Shown here: one piece after another, positions 40,564-54,239 of the stretch
Layout of the letters: every line of letters begins with the position of its first letter
Numbering within the stretch: position 1 is the stretch's first letter
Assembly: GCA_002633005.1 (NCBI GenBank)
Contig: NMRA01000161.1
Coordinates: 47,605-111,604 of the forward strand
DNA: 64,000 nucleotides
From: Phoronis australis
Taxonomy: Eukaryota; Animalia; Phoronida
Reading direction: 5' to 3'
The notes under the pieces: generated by a model
Database searches by the model: none
What the model saw: only the letters and a program-made list of their open reading frames with translations
What the model was told of the DNA's origin: nothing
Made by a program: the position numbers and the translations under genes

Positions 40564-40754
40564 GTAGGAATTTTCAAAAACATTGCCGGAAGGGAATTAG
40601 TGTGGTTCGAAATCTCTCATAGAAATCACAGTGAAGGCGTGTCTTCTCTTATCAACAGTATAATTTAAAACAGCCGGTGTATCTACTTGGCGTTTTGTTT
40701 TCATGTTGGCTGATACTGAAATGCATATCTTGCCACTTCACAATTCTTTTCCAG

Positions 40755-40928
40755 TCAATGGAAATTGGTCAAGCTGGTCGTCGTGGGGCTCTTGCTCTGT
40801 AACGTGTGACATTGGCGTAACTAGACGACAACGAGAGTGCAACAATCCTGCGCCAGCTTTTGGAGGCCTCACATGTCGAGGAGAAAGTTCAGACAACCGC
40901 ACGTGTAATACACATCAAAGCTGTCCGG
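40755..40928 (+). CDS. TSP1 exon 5 (type A)
   Basis: VNGNWSSWSSWGSCSVTCDIGVTRRQRECNNPAPAFGGLTCRG..CP. 174 nt. Confidence 0.93.
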
Positions 40929-42211
40929 GTACGAACGATTTTATCAGAGAAACTACAACTATATGTAACTAGCCAAAGTCTAACACTCTAATCAACCCTT
41001 TCTAATAAAGACCAGTTCAGCGTAGAAACATCCTATTTTTCAACAAAAAGTCAATCCTAATAGTCTTGCAATGGTGATCTACTTCTCACAGGAGTTTAAC
41101 GTAAAAACTGAAAATACTGATGTTGAATGGCAAATCGCATGGCTTAGGTAAATATTTCACCTTGACACCCCCAGAGTTTCAAAGGACAATCCCTGAACTT
41201 CAATATTCTTGGCATTGTTACCTGTTTCTACATGTACAATGAGTTTGGTACCACACTTAGAATTGCTGATTTTGACGTGGTAAAGATTAACAATTGCGCG
41301 GAATCAAATGCAATAACTCCGCAACAGCAGCTGAACACTGTGGTCCTGAACCAAATCCAGGCCGTTAAGTAGCCTAGCATGTTCAGCGTATTTAATTGTT
41401 CAAGATGCCTGCCTTCAAATCCATTCAACGTATGCAAATCGTAATGTTTGCAGTGCATCTTTTTATAAACATACCTGTAATCACTGTAACAAAAAAAATT
41501 GCAGGCAATATGATACACCTTGTACCAGACGTGCGCAGGCCTCGCAGGTGGGCCCATTGCACTAATCACCTGGAACTATTTTTATGCTTTATTGATATAT
41601 AGTTAAAACCGAGCTGAGGAGCTAGAAACCTGGCTCAAGGGTTTAGCAGTATGACCTGGTGCAATCACTGTAGCTGAGTAGCCAAATAGTACAACTAAAG
41701 CTGCACTAAGCGGACAAAGAACCAAACGTTTGACTTTATACTGTATATTTACTAAACTAAGCCAACAAATCGCACACTGGTTTCATATCCTTTGCTGGCT
41801 TCATCGTTGAAATTTGCCAAAATCAGTAAATTGAAAATTGGCAAAAATTTTCATTGTTTGAAAAGTCAGCACCTAAATACTAAATGCCTATCTTAACTAC
41901 CAAACCTGTTAAGGCCAGATACTATACAAACACATAAAAACTCATAGTTATTCCTAACTTTGAAGATGTCTCAAAGTGGCCGGATTTTGCTGAAAGAAGT
42001 GCCGAAAAAGTCATATGTGCAAAATCATCATCAAAACTAAAACATTAGGCCTGTGTCAGAAAAATCAAAGGTGACCTAGTGCATATCTAGGGGTACCTCA
42101 AGCCCTCATAAAGTATCAGGAAAATCTGTGGCGTTCGATGTAGAACCACCCGTAGGTGCTTCTTAATCTGTACGTCTTTGGCTTACTAGTAAATAGTTGG
42201 TCTTATTTCAG

Positions 42212-42385
42212 TTAACGGTCAATGGTCGACTTGGGTATATTCTACCCCATGTGACGTCACCTGTGGCAACGGAACCCGGGTTAGAGAAAGAGTTTGTGGC
42301 GATCCGGCGCCGATGTTTGGCGGTTCCAACTGTTCGGGCGATTCCGCCGAGACGGTGAGCTGCACTAATGGAATCGAATGTCCCG
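42212..42385 (+). CDS. TSP1 exon 6 (type B)
   Basis: VNGQWSTWVYSTPCDVTCGNGTRVRERVCGDPAPMFGGSNCSGDSAETVSCTNGIECP. 174 nt. Confidence 0.93.
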
Positions 42386-43808
42386 GTACGAGATTTTTCG
42401 TCGCATAATCAGTTCTTATAGTAAAGAGTGTTTCGGTCTGCATCTTGTCATTATCGTATGTTTATGTAACAAATCGCCGAGAGCGCCATCATTATGTGGA
42501 CACAACTCACGAGTCATCATGGAAAGCGCATACATTGAATTTTTAATTTTTTAAGTTTTTGAATTTTCATATTCTCTAAAAACGATTATTCATTTACATG
42601 TTTGTCACAAAATGAAATTAATTAAAGTTAATAGTTGGCATTTTAACAACATCTCTGAAAATTCGTTTCGCAGGAGGGCTGCTTACCAGGCTTGAATGGT
42701 GGCTCACTGTAGGAATATGGCAGCTTAGACTACAAATTGTCCAATAATCACACCACTACATAAAGCACCTTTATCAAAATACACGATAGACAAGCGGACT
42801 CACTGGATTTGGGTCTGTGAAGCACTCATACTTTAAGAAAAAAAACTCAAATGTTGCAATACACCAACTGAAAAATTTGTTATTTTGGGGTAGAAACTAT
42901 CCTCTGGTGTGTTTTTAGCGTTTTCAGTAAAATTGATTGTCAGTGAAAGTTGATGTGATAACTGAAAAACTTTAAGCACGGTTATCTCAGTTCATTATTT
43001 CACAGTAGTGGCAATGCGCTCAAGTTTATTCTCAGCTATTTTTGATCAAATTTGACGAAATCAAAAATTGAAATCTAATACAAATGAGTTTCAAATCCGT
43101 GCCAGGGTCATTGTTTAAATTATTATAAGTTATTTTGATATCAGTGGGAATTTTGACTGAATGTTATGTATTTGCCAAATCTCAATACATTAGTAAAATA
43201 GCAGTATTTGATGATGGCTTTATGGTGGTAATTGTTTATTGAGTAAGATTTTGAAATATGTGACAGCAATTTTTGGAAAAATCGTCAAGAAAACATAGCT
43301 TTCTGGGAAAATTTAAATAAGTTAAATAGTCACTGGAACAATTTTTTTTTGCTTTTTCTCATGTTGTGGGTCATACTTAAGGCTATACATATTAAAACTG
43401 ACACATTTTCAAACAGGCTGTATCTATCTCACTTATAAGAGCGTAAAGCGAACCAACGCCAAGGCTAGACAGCGTGCGTGACAAAGAACGTGAAAAACAG
43501 ACTCTTAAAAATGGTTCTTTGCCACATTTTTGGTTTGACTGTAAACATTTTAAATTCTGTCGATGTTAAAGCCCTTTTCTTTTAGTTTCAAAAACGGTAT
43601 GTTCGTCACTTCGTCGATTTTCTAAACACGTTTCCTCAATTAGTATTGCGAGATGTAGTAGTGACATAGTAATGTTATATGAAAAAACTGACCTTTGACG
43701 TGAACAGATTACTGGGGATTTTCAAGTAGCGGCCAGTCTGACTTCTCTGAGCTCATATGTAATATTAGGGGCGGAAAATTCGAAAACTGTATTGGGATGG
43801 AGGAGTTG

Positions 43809-45682
43809 ATATTTTGCCTGTCTCCCCATTAAAATTCTTAAAAAATTCAAAGTGAATAACTTCCACCTTAGCGGCTAAATAAAGTAAATTCACCACGATC
43901 TCTTTAAAAATATATTTTTACGAGTTTTGCGTTCCATTCCTCTTTAACAATTTGTCAGAACTCCCATGTTTCACGTGCAGCGTGTCAGTGAGCTTTTTTT
44001 TGTTTTGAAGACTGTACTAAAATTTCAAGCCCAAGAAATCAAATGGTTTGAAAACAAATAAGCTAAACTTTTTGGCCAGATTTTGCTGTTTTATCGAATG
44101 TTTTACATGTGATCAGACATTTTAGTTTTATTAAAGGTCAAGTCATTTAATTGAAGACAAAACACTAGTATGTGCGTGGCCTTGACTGGTGTGTGTGAAA
44201 GGGAATTAACTTGATGCGAATGTGTCGAGCCCCCAAGTTAAAGCATTCCTGCAATGTGTTTGGCACGTTTTAATATCTTGGATCGTATATAATAATGCTG
44301 TTGTAACATAAAATTTAGATTTTTTAATTCTTGCGTTTATTTCTTGATTAAACGTAATCACCTTGATGAAAAAGTACCAAATTGTTGGTAACCAAATTCA
44401 ACGTGTTTATGACCATGGTGTGAAGGGTTTAAGTAGACCGTTGTAGCAGCTTACATGTGTACCGTGTAATTTANATATTTTGCCTGTCTCCCCATTAAAA
44501 TTCTTAAAAAATTCAAAGTGAATAACTTCCACCTTAGCGGCTAAATAAAGTAAATTCACCACGATCTCTTTAAAAATATATTTTTACAAGTTTTGCGTTC
44601 CATTCCTCTTTAACAATTTGTCAGAACTCCCATATTTCACGTGCAGCGTGTCAGTGAGCTTTTTTACAGTGTATTTCACTCCTACTGAAAACAACTTAGG
44701 GAAATTTAAAAAAAGCAATACACACAATCGGCACTTTTCACTCAAAAATCACCACTTCTCTGCCGATGTTAAACGTAAGGCAACAATAGATTCTGAAAGC
44801 AAATTTTCTACAGATTCCAAAAACATGTATGCAGTCCAGGAGGGCTACCTGAAATTGAAGCCGACTTTTCGGTAGTTGCCAGCAATGCAGAGATGCAGCA
44901 GGAATCGCCATCGTGAAGAAGAGTGCAGCTACAGCCAAACGAGAGATCTTTTCTCATTCGCAACATGTTCACAAATCCAAACAAACCAGATTCACTGAGC
45001 CCACATGCAACGCCTTCCTCAAAAGTACGCCAAGCCTGACTTAACTCTAGAATTTAATTTTTGGCACTGCATTATGGCCACTGTTGCTGCCTAGTTGTTA
45101 AGTGCCACCTCAAGTTCTATACGGACACCATCTTGAATTTTGCAAAATGACTGTAGTGAAAAAAGTTTCTGTAAAAATCTCAAGCTCTGAGCATCCTAGA
45201 ACTTTTGTTTTGAAGACTGTACGAAAATTTCAAGCCCAAGAAATCAAATGGTTTCAAAACAAATAAGCTAAACTTTTTGGCCAGATTTTGCTGTTTTATT
45301 GAATGTTTTACATGTGATCAGACATTTTAGTTTTATTAAAGGTCAAGTCATTTAATTGAAGACAAAACACTAGTACATTTGTGCGTGGCCTTGACTGGTG
45401 TGTGTGAAAGGGAATTAACTTGATGCGAATGTGTCGAGCCCCCAAGTTAAAGCCTTCCTGCAATGTGTTTGGCACGTTTTAATATCTTGGACCGTATATA
45501 ATAATGCTGTTGTAACATAAAATTTAGATTTTTTAATTCTTGCGTTTATTTCTTGATTAAACGTAATCACCTTGATGAAAAAGTACCAAATTGTTGGTAA
45601 CCAAATTCAACGTGTTTATGACCATGGTGTGAAGGGTTTAAGTAGACCGTTGTAGCAGCTTACATGTGTACCGTGTAATTTA
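43809..45682. repeat. Near-identical duplication around a single N (44474); the second copy has ~537 extra bp (44666-45202)
   Basis: 43809-44473 matches 44475-44665 plus 45203-45682. Confidence 0.9.
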
Positions 45683-45712
45683 TATTTGTTTACATGGTAG
45701 CTTATGTTCCAG

Positions 45713-45886
45713 TCAATGGGAACTGGTCCAGCTGGTCGTTGTGGGAGGCTTGTTCAGTTACGTGTGGCGTTGGAGTAACCACACGACAACGGGAGTGCAA
45801 CAATCCCAGGCCAGCTTTTGGAGGTCTTACATGTCGAGGAGAAATTTCAGCAAATCGCACGTGTAGTACTCAACGAAACTGCCCGG
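45713..45886 (+). CDS. TSP1 exon 7 (type A)
   Basis: VNGNWSSWSLWEACSVTCGVG..CP. 174 nt, AG/GT. Confidence 0.9.
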
Positions 45887-46199
45887 GTAGGAATACGTTT
45901 GCAGTTTGGAGGGATTTTTCCAAAGAAGCTGATACTAGATGTCTTTTCAAAGTCGACTCTGATTTGGTTTCAAGAACAAATAAAACCACAGTTCGTTAAA
46001 AATGGGTAATGATATCAATAACCCGCACGCAGATGTAATGTTACTTCGATTTGCAGCATTGTGCGTTTAGCTTTACTATCGAAATACAATGTAAAAACAA
46101 TCCCCTCATTTCGAAGTTGCTGATTAAATTGATTGCTGGAAATAAAAGTCTGCCCATCAGTTTTAACGGTTCGCTAAGAAGTCTTAGTTGTTCTTTAAG

Positions 46200-46373
46200 T
46201 TAGCGGCCGGTGGTCGAGTTGGGTGTATTCGACCCCTTGTGACGTCACCTGTGGCAACGGAACCCGCGTCAGAGAAAGAGTTTGTGACGACCCGGCACCG
46301 ATGTATGGCGGTTCCAACTGCTCCGGTGATTCCGCCGAGGTGGAGAGCTGCACCAATGGAATCTACTGTCCTG
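46200..46373 (+). CDS. TSP1 exon 8 (type B)
   Basis: VSGRWSSWVYSTPCDVTC..NGIYCP. 174 nt, AAG acceptor. Confidence 0.88.
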
Positions 46374-46789
46374 GTAAAGTTTTCCATCGCGAAGTCAGGC
46401 CGTGCATCCAGGAATGTTCTTTTCCGGATTTGTCTTTAATATAAAATTGTCTTATGTCATCGAGACCGTCATCACCTTCTGGATACAGTCACTGAGTCAT
46501 TACAACATCGAATGAGGACCCAACACTAAGGCTGGACAATTTTGTGCTTAAGGCCCACAAGTTTTAGTTAAAAATAAGTTTGACGCCATGTCAGTTGCTC
46601 TTGTTTTACGGAATACCATCTTTCAATCTCTTAGCAATTGTCAGATTTCCGTATTCCATGATCATCGTATGTTTTACAGCTATCTGATTATAGTCTGTCA
46701 TTGGCTTGTGGGTTACAAAATGGCAAAAGCACCTAACAAATTTGTATTATGCAGGAAAAGTTTGCACGCAAACATGGGGTCAAATAGTT

Positions 46790-46985
46790 TGTCGTACATC
46801 TGTATATTTAGATAATGTTTTAAGTGAAGACGCTGCCTTTGAAAATGCCATTTGCAAAGTTAATAGTCGTCTCAATTTTTTATACAGATGTACAAATTTG
46901 GTGACTACCGTAGACCAATTAAATCTTTGCTGACGTCATTTTTATCAGTCATTTTGGTTATTCGGCAGCCGTTTGTAAATGTAGT
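46790..46985 (+). mobile_element. Old LINE (CR1/L2-group-like) RT C-terminal fragment; second copy at ~47960-48140
   Basis: VYLDNVLSEDAAFENAICKVNSRLNFLYR resembles the YLG..LD..L.....I..K.N.RL.FLYR segment of CR1/L2-group reverse transcriptases. Confidence 0.6.
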
Positions 46986-47353
46986 TCTGACATACATGTA
47001 GAAGGGTGGCGTCCGAAAACGGAATGCAAATAGGTCAAGGTACAAATGTATCTATATTGGCTTCGTCCTGGTTCTCGGCCCTATACTCTCAAAAGTAGAA
47101 TAGAGTCCAGTTGCTGAAGACCTCGCGCAACTGATCGCCGTGCCAAGAAATTAAAACACACCCGGACGTTTTACACCATTCTTGACATAACATCCAACAG
47201 CCTAGAGACTTACATGTACGCTCGTAGAAGCTTAAGCTCGTTTGCAAACCCTCGTGTGATTTCCCTTGAACCGACGTTTAAAGTGTTTGCTGGAAATAAA
47301 TGTCTGCCCTTGAAATTTCACGACTGGCTAAGAAATCTTAGCTCTTCCTTCAG

Positions 47354-47527
47354 TTCGCGGCCAGTGGTCGACTTGGGTATATTCGACCCCTTGTGACGTC
47401 ACCTGTGGCAACGGAACCCGCGTCAGAGAAAGAGCTTGTGACGACCCGGCACCGATGTATGGCGGTTCCAACTGCTCCGGTGATTCCGCCGAGTTTGTGA
47501 GCTGCACCAATGGAATCAACTGTCCTG
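47354..47527 (+). CDS. TSP1 exon 9 (type B)
   Basis: VRGQWSTWVYSTPCDVTC..NGINCP. 174 nt. Confidence 0.92.
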
Positions 47528-48547
47528 GTAAGAGTTTCCATCCCAAAATGAGTTGGTGTATCAAAGAATATTCCTGTTCGGGTTTGTCGTTACTGTAAAG
47601 TTATCAGAAATTGTCCAAATCGTCATCGCCTTGTGGTTACAGCTCATTAAAAGAGCATATGACGACCCAATAAAGAGGCCAGACAATGTTGTGCTTAATG
47701 CCCATACGTTTAATTTTCGTTACAAATAAAATTTAACGCCATGCCACTTGCTATTTCTTTTACGGAAAATCATCTTTCAATCTCTTAACAATCGTCAGAT
47801 TTTTGGTATTCCGCCTTCCACGTGTTTTGCTAGTGACTTGATTATAGTTAGTCATTGGCTTGTGTATTAAAAACTGGCAAAAGTTTGTAATACAGGTACA
47901 TGTATATGTGTGTTACGCAGTGGAGAAAAGTTTGTATGTAAACATATGGTCAAATACTTTGTCGTATCACTGGATAATGTTTTAAGTGAAGACGCTGTCT
48001 TTGAAAATCCCATTTCTAAAATTGACAGTCGTCTCAAACTTTATACAGAATTTGGGCAAACTTGACAAGTGGTTAGACTAATTAGTTATTTTTGATAACG
48101 TCATGTTTGAAGGTCATTTTAATTAATCGGCAGTTGCTGGTAATTTTGGGGGCCGTGCCAGGGAAACTAATTTAACTAAGACAACTCTTAAATTTAAGTC
48201 AATTTTAAGATCAAACTTAAATTTGTCTCAAGTCCGTTTCAAGAAAAATATCCTACATGTAAATTTTGATTTAAGTTTTGTCTTAATTTTGACTAATCAA
48301 TTTGAGGCGAACGTGTGGACTTCCCAACTACGATGGATTTTTTGCACTTTTTGAGGTTTTGGAACGTCTATAATAATGTATGAACGAGAATAAATTTGTT
48401 CATAATATGTGAGCCCTCGTGGAAAGCGCGGTAATATTGACGTTTTTGTTCGTTAAAATCATAACTTACGTAAGATGCAGTAGCTGTTTATTGTTTTGTA
48501 TCCATGGTGCGTGACACTTAATAAAAATGTCATCGCTTGTGTTCCAA

Positions 48548-48694
48548 TCAACGGGAGTTGGTCAGACTGGTCGTCTTAGGGTAATTGCTTAGTCACGTGT
48601 GACTTTGGCTGAACTAATCGTCAGCGAATGTGCAACAACCCCGTGCCAGATTTTGGAGGCCTCAACTGTCTAGGTATTCAGCAAAACTATCCGG
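48548..48694 (+). pseudogene. Dead TSP1 exon (type A)
   Basis: Acceptor CAG>CAA, in-frame TAG and TGA, internal deletion. Confidence 0.9.
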
Positions 48695-49034
48695 GTGCGA
48701 AAAATTTTGCAATGATTTTTTCAAAGAAACTCATACTCAATATCTTTTTACAATTCGTTCTGGTTGCTTTTAAAGCATGCAGAAAGTCACTATTCGGTAA
48801 TTAAATAATAAAACGAATAGTAGTAGGTTATCAATAACCCACATCCAGGTGTAATGTTACATGTACTTCGATTTTTGGCTAAAACACCGTGTTGTGTACT
48901 TGTCTTTACCATTGAAGTAAAATGTCAAAATACCTCACACATCAAACTTGCTGTTTAAAGTCTTTCTTGAAAATTAATGCCTGCATGTTTACGCATTTTT
49001 ACGATTCCCTAATCAAGCTTAGATCTTCTTTCAG

Positions 49035-49208
49035 TAAATGGTCACTGGTCGTCTTGGGCATTTTCGACTCCATGTGACGTCACCTGTGGCAACGGAACCC
49101 GTGTCAGAAAAAGGGTTTGTGATGACCCAGCACCGATGTTTGGCGGTTTCAACTGTTCGGGTGATTCCGCCGAGGTTTTGAGCTGCTCTAATGGAATCCA
49201 TTGTCCCG
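49035..49208 (+). CDS. TSP1 exon (type B)
   Basis: VNGHWSSWAFSTPCDVTC..NGIHCP. 174 nt. Confidence 0.9.
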
Positions 49209-50068
49209 GTAGGTTTCTCATCACAAAAATCAGATCTTGTTTCAAAGAGTGTTTCTTTCTGCGTTTGGGTATTTTTTGTACACTTCTCCTTAATTTCGTC
49301 ATAAGGGTTGAGGATAAGAAACTGGTCAAAACCGAGGCAATATAATTGTTGGTTCGAAGCAGCGACCAAACCAAGTCGGTATTCTAAATGTGCTAGACGG
49401 CGTGGTGCAAAATTGTAGGTAAACATTTAGTCAAATGTCGTGGTATTATTATTATGTTTTATGTTTTAGTCAGACAGCAAACTGGTGGAAAATTTTATTT
49501 AGCATCACGAATACAACATAAACTGTGCCCCAGAGCACCTCGGAAATGGCCACTCAAATACAAAAAATGGGCAAAATTTACCGATTTTTGCATTACAATG
49601 AAGCTTTAAGAAAACTCTTTTGAAAATGCAAAGACCGTTCTCTGATAGCGATGTTCAATTTCTGCATTAAAATCATCAATATTTTTTATATTTTCCGTTC
49701 TTGTAAACCGTTTTGAAACTACGTATTTACTTATACTATTGGAACCCTTTGAACCAGAATTGACCGAATTTGTTTTAACTTATACAATAATAACCCAAAA
49801 ATTGAATTAAACATTTTGAACATGTCCGACCAGGATGCGTGTGACAAATCATTTCTAATCGGAGTTAGGCACAAATGATGTAAGTGACAATTTATTGCTC
49901 ATATAAGTACTGTGATATTTACGATTCTTTAGATTTCTTTAACTTCAGACAATTTAATTGAAGTTAAGACAACAGCATGTGTTCGGTTTAAACGTGAGTG
50001 TGTAAACGGGCATGATAGGGACGGGAAAGTGTCGCGGGACCTCATGTTAAACACCACTTTTGTTCCAG

Positions 50069-50242
50069 TCAATGGGAATTGGTCAAGCTGGTCCTTGTGG
50101 GGTGCTTGCTCAGTTACCTGTGACGTTGGCGTAACTACACGAGAACGAAAGTGCAACAATCCCGTGCCAGCATTTGGAGGTCTCACGTGTCGAGGAGAAA
50201 TTGCAGAAAATCGCACATGTAGTACTCAACGGAAGTGTCCGG
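50069..50242 (+). CDS. TSP1 exon (type A)
   Basis: VNGNWSSWSLWGACSVTCDVG..QRKCP. 174 nt. Confidence 0.9.
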
Positions 50243-51464
50243 GTACGAAAACAATGTCTTTTCGCAATCGACACTGATTTCTTTAAAAAACACAGAAATC
50301 TATAATTCACTAATGAAAACAAAAATCGTACCAGTCGATACGCTGTCAAACTAGGAGAACTACAAGCAGTATTTAACCTTATGTTAATTACCTGATCTCG
50401 AGTTGGGAGCATTTAATGATCCATACCCTGTGCATAATGTGTAAAATCGGAAAAAAACAATATCAGCACGAGTCATCCACATGGTGTTAAGTGTTCAAAG
50501 TCGTCAGTTATTGGGACGAGTTTTCCCGTAGTTTATGGCATTGCAACAAGTTTGTGGTGGTTATGACAACTCAGTGTTTGACTGCGCAGTCGCACTTTTT
50601 ACCTTCCCCAGGTATGACATAAATTTGTACATATCCCGTGTTGCTGGATATTGCACACTGACGCTAAGTACGTTCATACGGCACACTCAGGCCCGTGGAG
50701 ATAAGAAAAATTCAATAAATGTCCCTTTCTTCTATTTCCTAGTTTTTGAGAAAATGAATTCACGATTGTGGCATGCAGTTTTGTAAATGAAGATTTAACG
50801 ATGTTGACAATTCAGTCACTTGTCACAACAGAGTAAATGTTGGTTTTAAGCACTTGGACGACTTTGTTGGAAATTAATGCTTAAAAAGATACCAAACGCG
50901 GTTTGTGCATAGTAAGCTGCAGTGTATATTGAAATCGACTGTTCCATAGAGGTCTCTGAAACCCAATAATGCTGTGTAACTCTCGAGAACCTCCAAACGT
51001 TTAAAGCAAAATTTGTAAACACCTTTCAATATTTGCTAATCGGAAATCTGACCAACGATGTAGGCGAGTTACATGGTAACTGTGGTGACAGACCGCACTC
51101 CAAGAACCACAGCATCCAATAGGGAGAATGAGTTGTTTGTTCAATCATGCTTTAATCGGTCAGGTGAGACGTCAATGGTGCATTACAAGATAACAGAATG
51201 GGGATTTGTTGCAAACTCAAAAAACATTATTTGGTATCCTTTCATCATTTCTGACTATGGAGGGAGAATTTTATAAAACGTTGTTATTGAGGATAGGACC
51301 CACACGGCCTCAAGTTTGTGTTCCACTTTGGAGGACCTATCAGCTTCCAATTTTAATGACACTCTGTGGCCGAGATGAACAATCCCAGATCACCGATGAC
51401 ATTACTTTTCCGCCAATGATGCCTTGCGTGCTCCTTAAATTATCACTGCTATGAATGTTTACAG

Positions 51465-51638
51465 TAAACGGTCATTGGTCGTCTTGGGTATATTCGACTC
51501 CATGTGACGTCACTTGCGGCAACGGATCTCGCGTCAGACAAAGAGCTTGTGACGACCCGGCGCCGATGTTTGGCGGTTCCAACTGTTCGGGCGATTCGGT
51601 CGAGATCGTGAGCTGCTCGGACAGAGTCAACTGCCCCG
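51465..51638 (+). CDS. TSP1 exon (type B)
   Basis: VNGHWSSWVYSTPC..DRVNCP. Intact, G|GTAGGA. Confidence 0.88.
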
Positions 51639-51913
51639 GTAGGACATGTTATTCGCAAAATCAATCAGTTCTTATGTCATTCAGTGTTCCAGTCTACATA
51701 GTGTCCTTGTTGTAATTTTATCTTGATCTCGATAGGAGACAGTCATCACCAGGCTAACACAAGCTCGAAGATAAGAAGCTGGTAAAACCGAGACTATTTT
51801 GGTTTGTTAAAAACTGGACAAATCCAGTTCATTAAAAAGAAGTCGGTAACTGCTTGCCGTTCAGTTTCCGTGTAGATTGATAATTATTGCAAATATTGCT
51901 GCTTTTGTCCAAA

Positions 51914-52086
51914 TCAATGGGATTTGGTCGAACTGGTTGACGTGGGAAGCTTGCTCAGTCACGTGTGGCGTTAGCGTAACTACACGACAACGAGAGTTCA
52001 ACAGCCCGTGCCAGCTTTCAAAGGCCTCTCGTTTCATGGAAAAAGTTTACAAAATCGCAAATGCAGTTTACAACACAAATGCATGA
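51914..52086 (+). pseudogene. Dead TSP1 exon (type A)
   Basis: Acceptor lost (CCAAA), Cys>Phe changes, 1-nt deletion frameshift. Confidence 0.9.
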
Positions 52087-52330
52087 GTACGAAAACGTTT
52101 CCTTTTTCGGGTGACTTTGTTTCAAAGAAACTGATCCTCAATATCTTTTCATAACAGTCTCTGATTTCCTTTCAAGAAAGCAAAAAGATGCTACTCGTTA
52201 ATAACATGAGTAGTGGTATCAATATCCTACACCTCACACTCCCTGGTTAAAGTTGTTTGTTGGGTATTAATGGTTAACTTATCTTACTTAACATTTTCTG
52301 TGCACTAATAAATCTTAGCTCTTCTTTCAG

Positions 52331-52504
52331 TTAACGGTCAGTGGTCATCCTGGTTACATTCTTCCCCATGCGACGTCACTTGTGGCAACGGAAGCCGCGT
52401 CAGACAAAGATCTTGTGACGACCCGGCGCCGATGTTTGGCGGTTCCACCTGTTCGGGTGATTCCGTTGAGGTAGTGAGCTGCTCCGACAGAATCGTCTGT
52501 CCCG
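52331..52504 (+). CDS. TSP1 exon (type B)
   Basis: VNGQWSSWLHSSPCDVTC..DRIVCP. Intact. Confidence 0.88.
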
Positions 52505-52780
52505 GTAGGACATGTTATTTGCAAAAATCAATAAGTTCTCATTTCATTCAGTGTTCCAGTCTCCATACTGTGTTTGTTGTAATTTTATCTTGATCTGGAT
52601 AGCAGACAGTCATCACCAGGTTAACACATGATCGAGGATAAGAAGCTGGTCAAAACCGAGACAATTTTGGTTTGTTAAAAACTGGACAAATCCAGTCCAT
52701 TAAAAGGAGGCGGTAACTGCTTGCCGTTCAGTTTCCTTGTAGATTGATATTTATTGCAAATATTGTTTCTTTTGTCCCAG

Positions 52781-52954
52781 TCAATGGTATTTGGTCGATC
52801 TGGTTGACGTTGGAAGTTTGCTCAGTTACGTGTGGCGTTAGCGTAACTACACGACAACGAGAGTGCAACAGTCCCGTGCCAGCTTTTAGATGTCTCTCCT
52901 CTCATAGAAATAGTTTACAAAATCGCAAATGCAGTTTACAACAAAATTGCATGA
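52781..52954 (+). pseudogene. Degenerate type A TSP1 exon (frame open, probably skipped)
   Basis: Third Trp and the fourth canonical Cys are lost (WSIWLTL, FRCLSSHR). Weak donor A|GTACTA. Confidence 0.65.
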
Positions 52955-53198
52955 GTACTAAAACTTTTCCTGATTCGGGTGTCTTTGTTTCAAAGAAACT
53001 GATACTCAATATCTTTTCATAATGGACCTTGATATCCTCTCAAGAAAGCAGAAAGATGCGACTCCTTAATAACAGGAGTAGTGGTATCAATATCCTTCAC
53101 CTCACACTCCCTGATTAAAGTTCTTTTTTGGGTATTAATGGTTAACATATCTTACTTAATATTTTCTGTGCACTAATAAATCTTAGCTCTTCTTTCAG

Positions 53199-53372
53199 TT
53201 AAGGGTCAGTGGTCATCTTGGTTATATTATTCCCCATGCGACGTCACTTGTGGCAACGGAAGCCGTGTCAGACAAAGATCTTGTGACGACCCGGCGCCGA
53301 TGTTTGGCGGTTCCAACTGTTCGGGTGATTCCGTCGAGGTAGTGAGCTGCTCCGCCAGAATCGGCTGTCCCG
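53199..53372 (+). CDS. TSP1 exon (type B)
   Basis: VKGQWSSWLYYSPCDVTC..ARIGCP. Intact. Confidence 0.88.
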
Positions 53373-53647
53373 GTAGGACATGTTATTTGCAAAATCTAAC
53401 AGTTCTTATGTCATTCAGTGTTCCAGTATCTATAGTGTCCTTGTTGTAATTTCATCTTGATCTCGATAGGAGACAGCTATCACCAGACTAACCCAAGCTC
53501 GAGGATATGAAGCTGGTCAAAACCGAGAATATTTTGGTTTGTTAAAAACAGGAGAAATCCAGTCCATTAAAAGGAGGCGGTAACAGCTTGCCGTTCATTT
53601 CCCGTGTAGATTGATATTTATTGCAAATATTAATGCTTTTGTCCCAG

Positions 53648-53821
53648 TCAATGGGATTTGGTCGAACTGGTCGAAGTAGGGAGCTTGCTCAGTTACTTGT
53701 GGCGTTGGCGTAACTACACGACAACGAGAGTGCAGCAGCCCCATGCCAGCTTTTGGCGGCCTCTCGTTTCATGGCAAAAGTTTACAAAATCGCATATGCA
53801 GTTTACAACAAAATTGCACGA
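53648..53821 (+). pseudogene. Dead TSP1 exon (type A)
   Basis: TGG>TAG at the third Trp, Cys>Phe, A|GTACGA donor. Confidence 0.9.
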
Positions 53822-54065
53822 GTACGAAAACGTTTCGTGTTTCGGGTGTCTTTGTTTCAGAGAAACTGATACTCAATATCTTTTCATAATGGACCTTGAT
53901 ATCCTCTCAAGAAAGCAGAAAGATGCGACTCCTTAATAACATGAGTAGTGGTATCAATATCCTACACCTCACACTCCCTGATTAAATTTGTTTTTTGGGT
54001 ATTAATGGTTAACATATCTTACTTAATATTTTCTGCGCACTAATAAATCTTAGCTCTTCTTTCAG

Positions 54066-54239
54066 TTAACGGTCAGTGGTCATCCTGGGTGTATTCTTCC
54101 ACATGCGACGTAACTTGTGGCAACGGAAGCCGCGTCAGACAAAGATCTTGTGACGACCCGGCGCCGATGTTTGGCGGTTCCAACTGTTCGGGTGATTCCG
54201 TCGAGGTAGTGAGCTGCTCCGACAGAATCGGCTGTCCCG
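54066..54239 (+). CDS. TSP1 exon (type B)
   Basis: VNGQWSSWVYSSTCDVTC..DRIGCP. Intact. Confidence 0.88.
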
